Shown one piece after another: positions 36,228 to 48,000 of a stretch of DNA of 64,000 nucleotides (position 1 is its first letter; the number at the start of each line of letters is the position of its first letter). A program made the translations under genes and the position numbers. The stretch comes from a virus. Taxonomy: Duplodnaviria > Caudoviricetes. The notes beneath the pieces are model-generated. The model ran no database searches. It saw only the letters and a list, made by a program, of their open reading frames with translations, and was not told the DNA's origin. The DNA lies in the IMG/VR virus record IMGVR_UViG_3300020112_001004, positions 32,001 to 96,000 of that record, one strand, 5' to 3'.

Positions 36228-39200
36228 TTACACCTCCTCCCTAGTTGATAATTTACTACATAATTCTTCAAGTTTTGCTATTCTCGCTTCTAAGTCGTCT
36301 ATTTTACTTTGTTGCTCGGTGATGGTTTTTTCTTGAATATCTATTTTTTCTTTTAAATTATTTATCTCTTTTTCTTGGTCTTGAGTAATATTTGTGAGTT
36401 CTTGGATAGCTAATGTTATATGAGGGAACATTCTGTTTGTTACTATTTGCATAATGTATTCATCTATAGGGTTGCCCTCTTCGTCTTTCTGTTGTATACT
36501 CCTAGTAAACTGTTTTGGCATATCTTGTGCTATATATCCAACGTCATTATAATTTTCATCCATATTGAAAGTGTAATGATTTATAGTATTAATCAACTCT
36601 AAGCCAGTTAAACCCTCTCTTAGTTCTTTTAATTCCTCAGATTCTTCATATTCTTCTATACTACCTCTAATAGTTTTAAAATTCTTCTTAATTTCTTGAG
36701 TATTTTCCAACTCTTTTCCAAACAGTCTGTTTACACCTTTTAAAACAAGTGCCACATCTTGTTTAAATTTTTTATCTGAGACATAAACCCCGTCTATTCC
36801 TAAAGCGTGACCTCCAACTGCGCCTAGTTCTAAATAATATCCATTATTTCCTTGTATTTGTATAGTGTCTACTTGGTAAACGCCGTATGGTGTCGAACCA
36901 ACAACACGTTTATTGTATTGAAAATACATAGGACTATCACAGGATATACTTCCTGTTGAGGACAAACTGCCTTTAACAGTTAAAGCACCTGTTGAAGTTT
37001 CGTTTAGTTCAGTATATCCTGTATTTGATAAATAGGAACAGGTTAATCCACTAGCTGCGTTTACTGTGCCTAGGCAATTAAGATTCCCATTACAAGCCAT
37101 ATTCCCAGTGGAACCTAGATAACTTGCTGTTAATTCGGCATTTTTCATGTAAACGTCGCCATTGAATGTGGCAGTGCCCCCAACTGTCATGGTACTATCC
37201 ATAACCATTTTATCTGTTCTAAGGTTGTGAAACCACCCTTGGTTAAATCTAGTATACTCTTTTCCTATTCCCCCGTTGTTGTCGACTACTGGGTAATAAA
37301 AACCATTATCCCATCTACAGTTTACATTATATCCCACGCTACTAGAGTCTGTATGGAATATACAGTTATTTGATATATGAGTTCCTTCGTAGTTTACCCA
37401 AAAGTATTTGGCACCACCCACAGACTCTGAAATTATATCAAATTCTCCATATCTTTGGTCTCCTCCCAGTGCAACAATCATTTGAGCTGAACCAGCTCCT
37501 CCGGTGGCATAAAGAGAAACATAATCTGTTGAAGTCGGATAAGGTCTAAAGGTTAAAGAACCATTTAAGAAAGTGTTTCCGTCTATTTCAAGTTTTGATG
37601 TACTTATTTTCACTGATTCTGCACTAGTGTTTATGCTTGAAATCAACTCATCTTTGCCAACCTTTTGGCTTACTGAAAGATTTATATTGTCTGCTGATTG
37701 ACTTATGGCACTGTTTACTTGAGTTATTGTTGGTCTATTAGAAACAGCGTCGTCAGCGTAGCCTTGTGCTTCACGTTTAGTAGCATAGGTGGCACTGAAT
37801 GAAGAAGTTAAATTTGAAGCTGAAGCGCTTATGGCACTGTTCATTTCCAATACTGTTGGTTTATCCTCCACTGCTTCTTCGATTGACTCTTGAACTTCTG
37901 TTTTTGTAGCATAATCCTCTTCTAATGAGGTAGTAACATCGGATATAGCTTCATCTGTATAGTCTTTATATTCTTCTTTGGTAGCGTATGTTTTGCCAAA
38001 AGAAACTGTTAATCCCTCAAGAGAGCTATTAATAGCACTTGTTACATAAGCTTCAGTAGCAACCCCTTCTAAAACTTCTTGTTTAGCTTCGTCGGTTAAA
38101 GTTATATAAAAGCTTTCTCCATCAAACCCAACTTTTCCTCCAAAGTTAAAGGTTCCATCCTCCATATTAATCCATGTAGTACCGTTTAGAGAGGATAGCA
38201 TTCCACTTCTTATAATGGCTGCGTCAAGATTACCTGTGGTAATATAGTCAGCTACGATTTGACCATCCATAGTTATGGCAGTACCGTACGTGCCATTATA
38301 CCCCGTTGAAGAGTAACCAAACCCATTTGCATTCCATCTCCAGACATTCTTTGCCGTATCTTTATCGTCCGTGTCCATGATTAATATTTCGTTAGAATTA
38401 ACAACAACATATCCATTAAATCCTGTTCTAATTAATTCACTGGCATGGTCTTTTGCTGTCTGAAGGACTTGTTCCCAAGTATCGTCCTCTTTTATATCTG
38501 TTATAGCATCCTGTATGTCATTTACCCTCTCTATCATGTCTTCTAAGTAGTCACCATACATAATCTCTGAGGTTAGAGTTACATTAAGTGTTAATTTATC
38601 GTCATAATCTCTACTGATAGAGGTAACTCTTGTGTCTATAAGTTCATCTGTTTGGCTATCCCATATTTTATAGCTATAATTTAAGTCTATTTCGGTCTCA
38701 TCATCAACCGAAGCCGTCATGGTGGTCTCTATTATGGGTCTTGATTTTTTTGCTAATTCTCTCTTTGTTTTATCTAAAAGTTCTTGAGCGTCCCCAATCG
38801 CCTCATCAGTAAAGTATTCTTCTCTATAAAAAATGGCAGGGTTATCTAAAATATAGTCTAGACTATATCCCAATTTTAAAAAATATGAATAGTCCTCTAC
38901 ATAATCTTTTCCATCATTCAAGTCTGAAAAAGTAAGAGCATTCCCCTCTTCATCCTTAATTCCTCTACCATACATTCTTGTTATTATATCTCCACCGTCC
39001 ACTGGCGTATTTGCTATCAAACAGTTATTAACTACAAGTCTTTTACCATAGTTCATGTATATATCTATTGTGTCTTTTCTAAATATACACACAGCTCCCA
39101 TTCTTTTGAGCATAGCCAATAGACAGTTCATAACAGTATCTTTTTCCCTTATATAGTAGGTCATTGTTATTCCGTCCATGTCATGACTGCCCACACTCCA

Positions 39201-39554
39201 CCCAGTGTTTTCTAGGATATAATTGAATATTTCTATTGGAGATTGTTTTATAAACACTTTTGAATCCATATATATTCTTGATAGATTCATACAGTTTTGC
39301 TCACATGAAACGTCTACGGTTCTTTTTTCAGTTCCCTCTTCAACCACTTCATTTACTCTATCAACTATAAATATTAAATCTTCAAACTCTACAACTTCTC
39401 CTATTTTAAAGTTGGCGTTTTCTTCATTGCTTGTTTTTAAAATAGAAAAGTTTAAAGTTGCTGGTTCGTTCAGCTTTCTATTTATCTGAATAGAATAGGG
39501 GTCTGTATTCCATTTTTGCTCCTCAAAAGTTATACTATTGTTCATATAATACAC
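36228..39554 (-). CDS. Tail hub/Tal-like protein with C-terminal intramolecular chaperone (S74-like)
   Basis: ITRMYGRG prophage-tail motif, WRWNANGFGYS..AITMDGQIVAD, SDKKFKQD..GYIAQ..coiled coil; position after Dit. Confidence 0.8.
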   Translation of the reverse strand: MYYMNNSITFEEQKWNTDPYSIQINRKLNEPATLNFSILKTSNEENANFKIGEVVEFEDLIFIVDRVNEVVEEGTEKRTVDVSCEQNCMNLSRIYMDSKVFIKQSPIEIFNYILENTGWSVGSHDMDGITMTYYIREKDTVMNCLLAMLKRMGAVCIFRKDTIDIYMNYGKRLVVNNCLIANTPVDGGDIITRMYGRGIKDEEGNALTFSDLNDGKDYVEDYSYFLKLGYSLDYILDNPAIFYREEYFTDEAIGDAQELLDKTKRELAKKSRPIIETTMTASVDDETEIDLNYSYKIWDSQTDELIDTRVTSISRDYDDKLTLNVTLTSEIMYGDYLEDMIERVNDIQDAITDIKEDDTWEQVLQTAKDHASELIRTGFNGYVVVNSNEILIMDTDDKDTAKNVWRWNANGFGYSSTGYNGTYGTAITMDGQIVADYITTGNLDAAIIRSGMLSSLNGTTWINMEDGTFNFGGKVGFDGESFYITLTDEAKQEVLEGVATEAYVTSAINSSLEGLTVSFGKTYATKEEYKDYTDEAISDVTTSLEEDYATKTEVQESIEEAVEDKPTVLEMNSAISASASNLTSSFSATYATKREAQGYADDAVSNRPTITQVNSAISQSADNINLSVSQKVGKDELISSINTSAESVKISTSKLEIDGNTFLNGSLTFRPYPTSTDYVSLYATGGAGSAQMIVALGGDQRYGEFDIISESVGGAKYFWVNYEGTHISNNCIFHTDSSSVGYNVNCRWDNGFYYPVVDNNGGIGKEYTRFNQGWFHNLRTDKMVMDSTMTVGGTATFNGDVYMKNAELTASYLGSTGNMACNGNLNCLGTVNAASGLTCSYLSNTGYTELNETSTGALTVKGSLSSTGSISCDSPMYFQYNKRVVGSTPYGVYQVDTIQIQGNNGYYLELGAVGGHALGIDGVYVSDKKFKQDVALVLKGVNRLFGKELENTQEIKKNFKTIRGSIEEYEESEELKELREGLTGLELINTINHYTFNMDENYNDVGYIAQDMPKQFTRSIQQKDEEGNPIDEYIMQIVTNRMFPHITLAIQELTNITQDQEKEINNLKEKIDIQEKTITEQQSKIDDLEARIAKLEELCSKLSTREEV

Positions 39555-39566
39555 CTCCTTTGTGTT

Positions 39567-40055
39567 TTAAACTTCTATTATTTTGAAATCCTTTATAGTG
39601 AATTGTGGGTTATAATTGTTTGAGGGGGATTGATAACCCAATCCTATATCTAAAGAGACACTATCAATATTGGAGAAAGTTTTTTCTATTACTTGTTCTT
39701 GAGTGCTAATTATATAAGTTTCGCTCTGAGAGCCAACCACTAGACGTAATGTGTGTTTCCCAGAATTTAAACTACATTTAAATGACACCTTGTAATTTTT
39801 ATTTTTTTCAAGTATTCTGGTTGTAAGATAAGCGTCACTCCAACTATCCCCGTCTCCATATAATTGAATAACAGCCCCCTTGTCTTTATAGGTTATATCG
39901 CCTTCAACACGCCAAAAATAGCTTGTGAAATCTTCTAAACCTTGCGTAACCACAATTTCATTGCATAATAGTGGAATAACTCCACTATACACTTGTGAAC
40001 AGGGTTTATTTCCAATATAAACCCCAATAATATTTTTTCCTTTTATGGTTATCAT
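39567..40055 (-). CDS. Tail accessory protein, possible carbohydrate-binding fold
   Basis: IIGVYIGNK..QVYSG N-terminus, jelly-roll-like remainder. Confidence 0.55.
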   Translation of the reverse strand: MITIKGKNIIGVYIGNKPCSQVYSGVIPLLCNEIVVTQGLEDFTSYFWRVEGDITYKDKGAVIQLYGDGDSWSDAYLTTRILEKNKNYKVSFKCSLNSGKHTLRLVVGSQSETYIISTQEQVIEKTFSNIDSVSLDIGLGYQSPSNNYNPQFTIKDFKIIEV

Positions 40056-40072
40056 TGTTCTCCTCCATATTA

Positions 40073-41995
40073 TTATTCTTCTGTAACGAAATATATTGTA
40101 TTATTATCTTTATTTGCTATTGCGTCATATTGTGCTTGAGTTCCAGTCCAAAACTTGAAATTATTCAATCTTGTTTCAACTTGAGTTGAAGTCATATAAT
40201 CCCCACTATAGACAGATATTATAATTGGAGTAGTTGAATTAGAAGTGTTATCTGTATAAGTTTCTTTTATATATTGCCATAAATATCTATTAGTGCTCGA
40301 AGTTGATTGAGGAGTTGTTTTCCAACTACCACTAGTAGTACTTGGGGTAGAAGTTGAGTTGTTTACTAGGTAAAAATGTTCTACTTTAGATATACCTTTA
40401 CCAGTATCGCCCTTGTCCCCCTTGGTACCTTTTAGAGAGGCTAGTTGGCTTTGGGTAAAATCTGAGTAAACAAAAGCGTCACCCTTATCGCCCTTCTCAC
40501 CTTTAAGAGAGTTTAGTTGTTCTTGGGTAAAGTCTGTATACTTAAACGCCTCCCCTCTGTCCCCCTTGGCTCCTTTAAGATTATTTAATTGCTCTTGGGT
40601 AAAGTCTGAATAGGTAAAAGCGTCACCTTTGTCCCCCTTGGCTCCTTTAAGATTATTTAATTGCTCTTGGGTGAAATCTGAGTAAACAAAAGCGTCCCCT
40701 TTATCTCCTTTGTCCCCCTTGGCTCCTTTTAAAGAGGCTAATTGTTGTTGAGTAAAATCTGAATAGGTAAAAGCCTCCCCTCTATCGCCTTTTTCCCCTC
40801 TTAAAGATTCTAACCACTCCTCTTGGCTACCTTTGAAACCTCCCATGACAGCTAATTCATAAGCCGACTTACCATCTATAACCTCGATTGGAGAACCATC
40901 TTCTTTTACAAGGACAGCGTCTTTTCCTTTAGGTATTCCAAGATTTAATTTATATGTGTTGTTTCCAGCGTCCACTAAAGTAGCTGTAGCATTCTCATTC
41001 TGTCCCAATCCAGTAACTGTTCCTATTGTCAGTTTTGGTACGTCGCCCGTATTACCCTTGTCCCCTTTTTCGCCCTTAAGATTATTTAATTGCTCTTGGG
41101 TAAAATCTGAGTAAACAAAAGCGTCGCCCCTATCTCCCTTATCTCCTTTTTCCCCTTTAAGGAAAGATAATTGCTCTTGGGTAAAATCGCTGTATTTAAA
41201 AGCGTCTCCCCTGTCCCCTTTTTCGCCCCTAAGGTTATTTAATTGTTCTTGAGTGAAATCAGAATAAACAAAAGCGTCGCCTTTGTCCCCCTTGTCCCCT
41301 TTATCCCCTTGAGGGATTGAGAAATCCACGGTATAAGAGCTTGCACCAGTTTGGGTTAGTTTAGTTATGGCTTTTGAGCCGGATTGTAGGGTTTTAGTTT
41401 CTCCCAAAACAAAGGTTGGGGTATCTCCTCTTTCCCCTTTTAGAGAAGCTAACCACTCTTCTTCTGTTCCCTCAAACCCATTGTTATAAGCGACTTTATA
41501 AGCAGAATCTCCGTCGTCACCTTTTCTTCCTTCTACCACTGCTACTTTTTCCTCTAAATATTCTCTAGTAACATAATTAGTATTGGAGTAAACATAGTCA
41601 TATTCTTTAAATGTAATTGTAGCTAAAATAGAATAAAACACACCATTTTGGTACATATCCACTTCTGCATAGTCTGTCATGGAAACTTTGATATCTCCAA
41701 CATTACATATATCGTCAATAAATCTAAATACTTTTGGCTCTGCTGTATCTAACCATAGTCTAATATCTTCTGGGTCTCTTATTTTTTCAAAAAATACTTT
41801 TATGGAAAACTCGTATGGGTCTCTAATTTTCTTAATAAATTGTTCCCCTCCAATGTTGGGAACTTTATGAGTAATAATAGTATAGGTAGGGGTAAGTTTA
41901 TAAATTTCTTCGTTTTCAGAAGTTACCACGCCACCCATTTCAGAAAGCTTTTTTCTATTAAACATAAAATCTGTTATTAACATTTTTTCCTCCAA
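40073..41995 (-). CDS. Distal tail (Dit)-like protein fused to collagen-like repeats
   Basis: Follows TMP; DFMFN..LSEMG N-domain; many GxKGDKGDAF(V/T)YSDFTQEQL repeats; C-terminal WTGTQAQYDAI..KD..TIYF. Confidence 0.75.
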   Translation of the reverse strand: MEEKMLITDFMFNRKKLSEMGGVVTSENEEIYKLTPTYTIITHKVPNIGGEQFIKKIRDPYEFSIKVFFEKIRDPEDIRLWLDTAEPKVFRFIDDICNVGDIKVSMTDYAEVDMYQNGVFYSILATITFKEYDYVYSNTNYVTREYLEEKVAVVEGRKGDDGDSAYKVAYNNGFEGTEEEWLASLKGERGDTPTFVLGETKTLQSGSKAITKLTQTGASSYTVDFSIPQGDKGDKGDKGDAFVYSDFTQEQLNNLRGEKGDRGDAFKYSDFTQEQLSFLKGEKGDKGDRGDAFVYSDFTQEQLNNLKGEKGDKGNTGDVPKLTIGTVTGLGQNENATATLVDAGNNTYKLNLGIPKGKDAVLVKEDGSPIEVIDGKSAYELAVMGGFKGSQEEWLESLRGEKGDRGEAFTYSDFTQQQLASLKGAKGDKGDKGDAFVYSDFTQEQLNNLKGAKGDKGDAFTYSDFTQEQLNNLKGAKGDRGEAFKYTDFTQEQLNSLKGEKGDKGDAFVYSDFTQSQLASLKGTKGDKGDTGKGISKVEHFYLVNNSTSTPSTTSGSWKTTPQSTSSTNRYLWQYIKETYTDNTSNSTTPIIISVYSGDYMTSTQVETRLNNFKFWTGTQAQYDAIANKDNNTIYFVTEE

Positions 41996-42032
41996 TCGGG
42001 CAAGATATGTAAAGTAGGGGTTTTATCCCCTA

Positions 42033-45000
42033 CTATTTTTTCTTCCCTAACCTTCTTAATTCTCTTGATTGTTTTTGCATTAATTTATCTATTGCTTTAT
42101 CTACATCAATTTCTTTCCTTATGTCTGCGTCCACGTTGTTGTTAATTGTTATTTTTGGTTCACTAGCTACTGGTTTTTGTGGATTTGGTACACTATTGAA
42201 CCTACTAGCTATTCCATTTATTACATTGTTTAATAAGGCATCAAAACTAGACATGTACTGACTATTCATGTTCTTATTGTCTAAAGCGGTTACATCAACG
42301 CCTCCATTAAAATCACTTAAAGACATAAATCCTTCTCCTAAAGGTTGTACCTCTGGCACTGAAGAAGGTGTATCTGTATCTACTCCAGTAGAATATTGAT
42401 TAGTCATTTGTTGCATTGTTTCTAAATGGTTTTTATAATCTTCTTCTCTTTGTTTGTAAATATCTTTAAGTTTTTTCGTATCTTCCTCTGCAACGGTAAG
42501 GTCTATATTGTTGGTTAGAATAGATTGTTGCTCTATTTCATTAACGGATTCAAGGCTACCACCCTTGATTGTGTTTACAACATTACTTACGACATTCTTT
42601 ACGGTGTTTATAGTATTGTTAACAAAGTTGGTTGTTACGGTAATCGTTTTACTAACAAGTCTACCTATTGCACTTCTTAGGTTTTCAACCATACCAGAAG
42701 CGCCTTGTGCTGCTCCCCCAACATTGTTAAAGTTAGACACAGAAGCTCCACCATTATAGTTAGGTACATTTTGTAAAACACCACCATAATTTTTAACTCT
42801 GCCTCCATTTGAATCGGCTGCTCCTCCAACATTATTAAACTGTCCTACAGAAGCTCCACCATTATAGTTAGGTGTATTTTGTAAAGTACCACCATAATTT
42901 TGAACCTTGCCTCCATTGGTATCGGCTGCATTACCAACATTATTTAACTGACTTTGAGATTGTGAACCATCATAGTTAGGAGTGCTTTGAAGGGTACTTC
43001 CATAATTTTGAACCTTGCCTCCATTGGTGTCGGCTGCGTTACCAACGTTGTCCATTTGACCTTGAGATTGTGAGCCATCATAATCTGGCACCCCTTCTAT
43101 TTTGTTTCCAAATTCGTCAACTTTAGGTGTGGCGTTACCAGCCGAGGTTCCCACATTATCCATTTGACTAGAAGTTTGAGAACCATCATAATCTGGTACC
43201 CCTTCTATTTTCTTACCAGTCTCATCTACTCTTTGTCCAGCTTCTTCTGAACTAGTTGCAACATTGTTAAAACCTTGTTCTGTAGGTGCGCCGTTATAAT
43301 CCGGTACGCCTTCTATTTTTTTACCAGCGTCTTCTACTTTTTGTCCACTTTGTTCAGCACTATCTCCAACCCCGTTGAATCCATTCATTATAGATTGAAC
43401 TACGTCTGCTGGTAATCCAAGACTATCCAGTTTAGCTTGAAGTTCGTCTTTAGAAACGCCACATTTAATAAATTCGTCGATAACTTGATTAATTTCATCA
43501 GTCATACCACTAGCAAAGTCTGGATTCGCTTTTAATTCGTTTAATTTATTTTGGAACTCTTCAGTGCTAATTTTACCCTCACCATAGGCTTGGATAAGTT
43601 GAGTCATTTGTGTTTTTGCAGACTCGGACAAGTTACTATTCATTACTAAACTGTTTAATTTATTTTGAAGTTCTTGAGTAGAAGTGTCACAGCTTTTCAT
43701 AGAATCATTAATTTGAGCCATTTCTAGGGCTATCTCTGGAGCAAGATTAGGGTTCATTTTAATAGCCATCAAAGCATCGTTTAAAACTTTAGCACTTGCC
43801 TCACCATTAACAAAAGCTTGTACCATATTTGATATTGACTCAGCAGATAGCGTACCTAATTGACTTATCGCCTCGTTGGATAATCCCATAGAATGTCCCA
43901 TAGACTCTCCAAATTGTTGGGCAGTTATCTCACCTTTTGCAAATTGTTGTATTGCTTTTGTCATAGTTTGTTGGACACCCTTGTCCAATGTGGTGAAACT
44001 TGCACTAGTTGTCATTTCCATCATTTTCATACCCATAGCGAACTCTTGTGCTGTTACATTACCTTGGGCGAACTGTTGAACTAGGGAATCTAAAGCTTTT
44101 TGGGAGTCTTTGGATAAGACATTGTAAAATGATTCCATATCATTCTCGACAAGTTTAACACCTTCGGCAAAATCTTTAGCTCCAACGTCTCCTCTTTGGA
44201 AACCTTCTAAAATAGCAGTCATGGCAGTTTGAGTGCTTTCTTTTAACTTACCCATGTTTTGGGCTGAGAAACTAGACATTGCAGAAACTGCTTCGCCATA
44301 GTCCTTTATGTTAACACTACCATCGGAATATCCTTTGTTTAATTTTTCTAGGCAACCACCGGCTGTTTGCTCTAACGAACCAAAGTCTAGTTTACTTACC
44401 TCGCAAAAGTCTTGGATAGCTCTTTTTCCTTCGTCGATATTTATTGCTCCACGCTCGAAGTCGTCAATCATCTTATTTATTGCTTTACTAGAAGCCTCTG
44501 GAATTTCGCCTAGTGCTTCAACTTCTTCTCTTAAAGCTTTTGCAGTTTTACCTCTATATATTTCTAGACCTTCATATCCTTTAATAACGTGGTCTGCACT
44601 ATCTCCAACTTCATAGTTAGCTTCGGCTAGTTGCTTTAATAGGTCGTATTCCTTCTGCTCTGAGACTGATAGTTTTTCATTATTATCCAACTTGGCTTGA
44701 TATGCTTGTAGAGATTGCTCTAAGTATGTCTTTTCATCTTCTGCGCTTTTCTTTACTGTTTCTTTTGTTTTTTCAAGTTCTTCTCTTAACTCTTTAGCAG
44801 ATTTAGTTTTTGCGTGGCTACCTTCACCATAAGCAACTTTTTCGTCATCTTCTAGTTGATAAAGTTGGTGTAAGGCACTATCTATATCTTTAATTTCTCC
44901 ATTATATTCAGACAGTTCTTTTGAAGCTTCATTAACATTCTTTTTGTTATCAGCAAAGAATTTATCTGCTTCTTTGGCTGCTAACCTTTTGTTATTTTGT

Positions 45001-48000
45001 TCAGCTTCTTGTTGGGCTTTTATATAATTTTTTAGAGCGTCTGTTAAATGATTGATAGCATTTTCTTCACTGCCATAAGCACTTACAAGCTCTGGCATAG
45101 ACTTAACTATATTAGATTTAGCATCGGCTAATATTTTTGAATTTTCTTCATATTCTTTTGAACTTTTTGAATTCGCAAGTTTTTGCTCTAACTCGTGGAT
45201 TTGAGCCAAACTTTCTTTAGCTGTCTTAACGTTATTAGCATTTTCTTTAGCAAGGTTACTATAGTTGTTCATGTTTTCTATAGTGTGTTTGTTGGTTTCC
45301 ATAAGTCTTTCGTCAGCTTTGGATATATAGTTATAAAGCTCATATAAACCAAAACCTACGGCTGCTATTGCTACTAGTAAACCACCAGCCATTAATGAAG
45401 AGGCTATAGTGGAAGCCTTAGTTAAAGTTTGTATCTCACCAGCTAAAGTGCCTAATATACCAACTCCAGAACTACATGCGTTTAAGAATGAGGATATTCC
45501 TTTTTCTGCTATACCAATTGCTGTTGAGGCTACTCCTATTCCTGCCCCAAAAGTTGTAAAGTCTATTAGTAGGTTTTTAGTACCGTCGGACATATTATTT
45601 AAATTGTTTACAAAATCTGTAGCACCTTGAGCGAATCCTCTAAGTTTTCCCTCTATTAATTCACCAAATGATTCACCTAGGGCACTAACAGCAGATTTTA
45701 AAATATCCATGTCTCCTTTTAAATTCAATGTGTTATCCTAAAAGCTTTTTATCTTTTAGTTCTAGGAGTTTCCTCCATTATACCACGTCGGTTCGTGGCT
45801 AGTTCAGCATATATCATCTTCCCTGTAGGGAAGCCGAACACTCGTGCAGATATTATATTCCTATTTAAATTAGGGTTCAATCTGTATGCGTTACGATGTT
45901 AAAAGATTTTAATCTTTTAATTATCTCGGTATTAACATATATTTTTTATATAAGTGTTACACTTTATAAAAAATACTTAGCCTTCACCGATATTGCTCGG
46001 TTATTCGATACACATTACTGTGTAAAGGGACAAATTTTATCCAACATAATATTTTGCATGTTCTGTGCTGCACCATTACAGTTTTCAATAGAACCTGTTA
46101 AACTACCAAATTCTTCGTCTGTTGCGTTCATAATCGCCAACAGACCTGCCATCAATTTTGTTACCGTAGAGGCTTTTTATCCTCTACCTCTAGGAGTTTC
46201 CTCCATTATACCACGTCAATTCGTGGCTAGTTCAGCATATATCATCACCTAGAATAAGGTGGTCGAGACTCGTGGGTGGATTATTGCTCCTAATTATCGC
46301 TCACCACCTATGCGTTACAAAAAAGGATTAGTATTCCTCTCTCTCGATGTTAGCATATATAATTATTTAAATAACTCTTTTAAAATTATACTTAGCCTTC
46401 TTCGATTTTCCCGACTTATTCAATATATATTTCTATATAAGGGGGCTGACATGTTAACCCGTTTTACCAGATATTGTTTCTGCATTCTGCATTTTCTGAC
46501 TAGCTGTTAGTTGACCAAAACCACTTCTAAGGTCTCCCAATATGTCACCAAGGTCTCTCATTGAGCCATCAGCGTTTTGCGTTTCTATTACTATGTCTGC
46601 CATGCCTTCTCTGGTTAAGTGTATAGGTTCTGACATTTCTGTGAATAAACGTCTTAAGGCTTGTCCTGCTGTTGTTGATTTTCGATTTTGTTATCGTTAA
46701 GCTTTTTATCTTAACCTCTAGGAGTTTCCCCCATTATGCCATGTTGTTTCATGGCTAGTCCAGCATATATCATCTTCCTTATAGGAAGGAAATCACTCGT
46801 GGAAGTATTTTTGCTCTCTTAACGCTCAACCTCTATGCGTTACGGTGGTAGGTGATGTTCCTACTTACCTCGGTGTTGCCATGTTCTATATTATATAAAA
46901 TTTAGGTTTTCACCGATTTTGATTTCTTTTTCTCATTGTATATTACTATACAAGGGGACTATTATGTTAATCCCAGCATTTGCCATTAGTCCTAATGCCA
47001 CGGACACATCCTCTATTGAAAAGCCCAGAGAACCTGCGACAGGGGCACACATTTGGAATGCGTACCCTAGTTGTTCTACTGAAGTATTACTATGTGTCGC
47101 TGTTGTTGCTAAAATATCGCAGAATTTTCCCGCATCTGAAGCCGAGTAGCCCATTGCGGTTATTGCGTCCAATAGTTATTAACTCTAGGCTCTTTATCCT
47201 AGACTCTGGAGGTTTCCCTCATTTTCATCGACTGGTTATCCAGTCCAGTTTAGACTATATCTTCACCCTTAACTTAATAATAGGGTGTCGGAGACTCGTG
47301 GAGGTATTTTTGCTCTCTTAACGCTCAACCTCTAGTCGTTACAGGGATTTATTGATTTTAAACCCCCTAGATGTTTACATATGGTTTTAGTATAGTTTCT
47401 ATATTATTAATATCCCAATGTGGTATTCTTATTAGTTTTATATTATTATCCAAACAGAATTGAGTTTTTATATTGTCTCTTCTTTTTGTATTTGCTAAAT
47501 TTTCCTCGGCTTCTTCTTGTGTTATTTCTCCTATAACCCAAGGTTCATAGTGCTGTCTACCATCAAATTCGACAAGTAGTTTTAAATTATTATCTTTATC
47601 AAACACTGCAAAATCAAAAGGCAATTCTTTTTTATCTCTGCACTCTTTTATTTTATATTGCTGTTTAAAATTAATATTATTTTCTTGTAAAAAGTTTAAA
47701 ATTTTTAATTCTCCAAAACTTATTTTCTTCGTACACACGTCGCACCTAACTTTGTTCTGAGATTTTACTGAGTCCCATGTGGTACAAAATTCATTACCAC
47801 ATTTACATTTAAACCTCATAAAAGTTTTAGCATTTACATATTCTGACGATAAACATGTTATATTTAAGTCTTTGCACTTCTCTCTAATCTCCTCTATGGT
47901 GAAAACACATCTATCTCTGGTTTTTCTTCCCTTACATTTTAAACAATTCCTTTGTCTACCATGTTTAACATCACTCCAAGTACGCTCGAAAATTTCCCCA

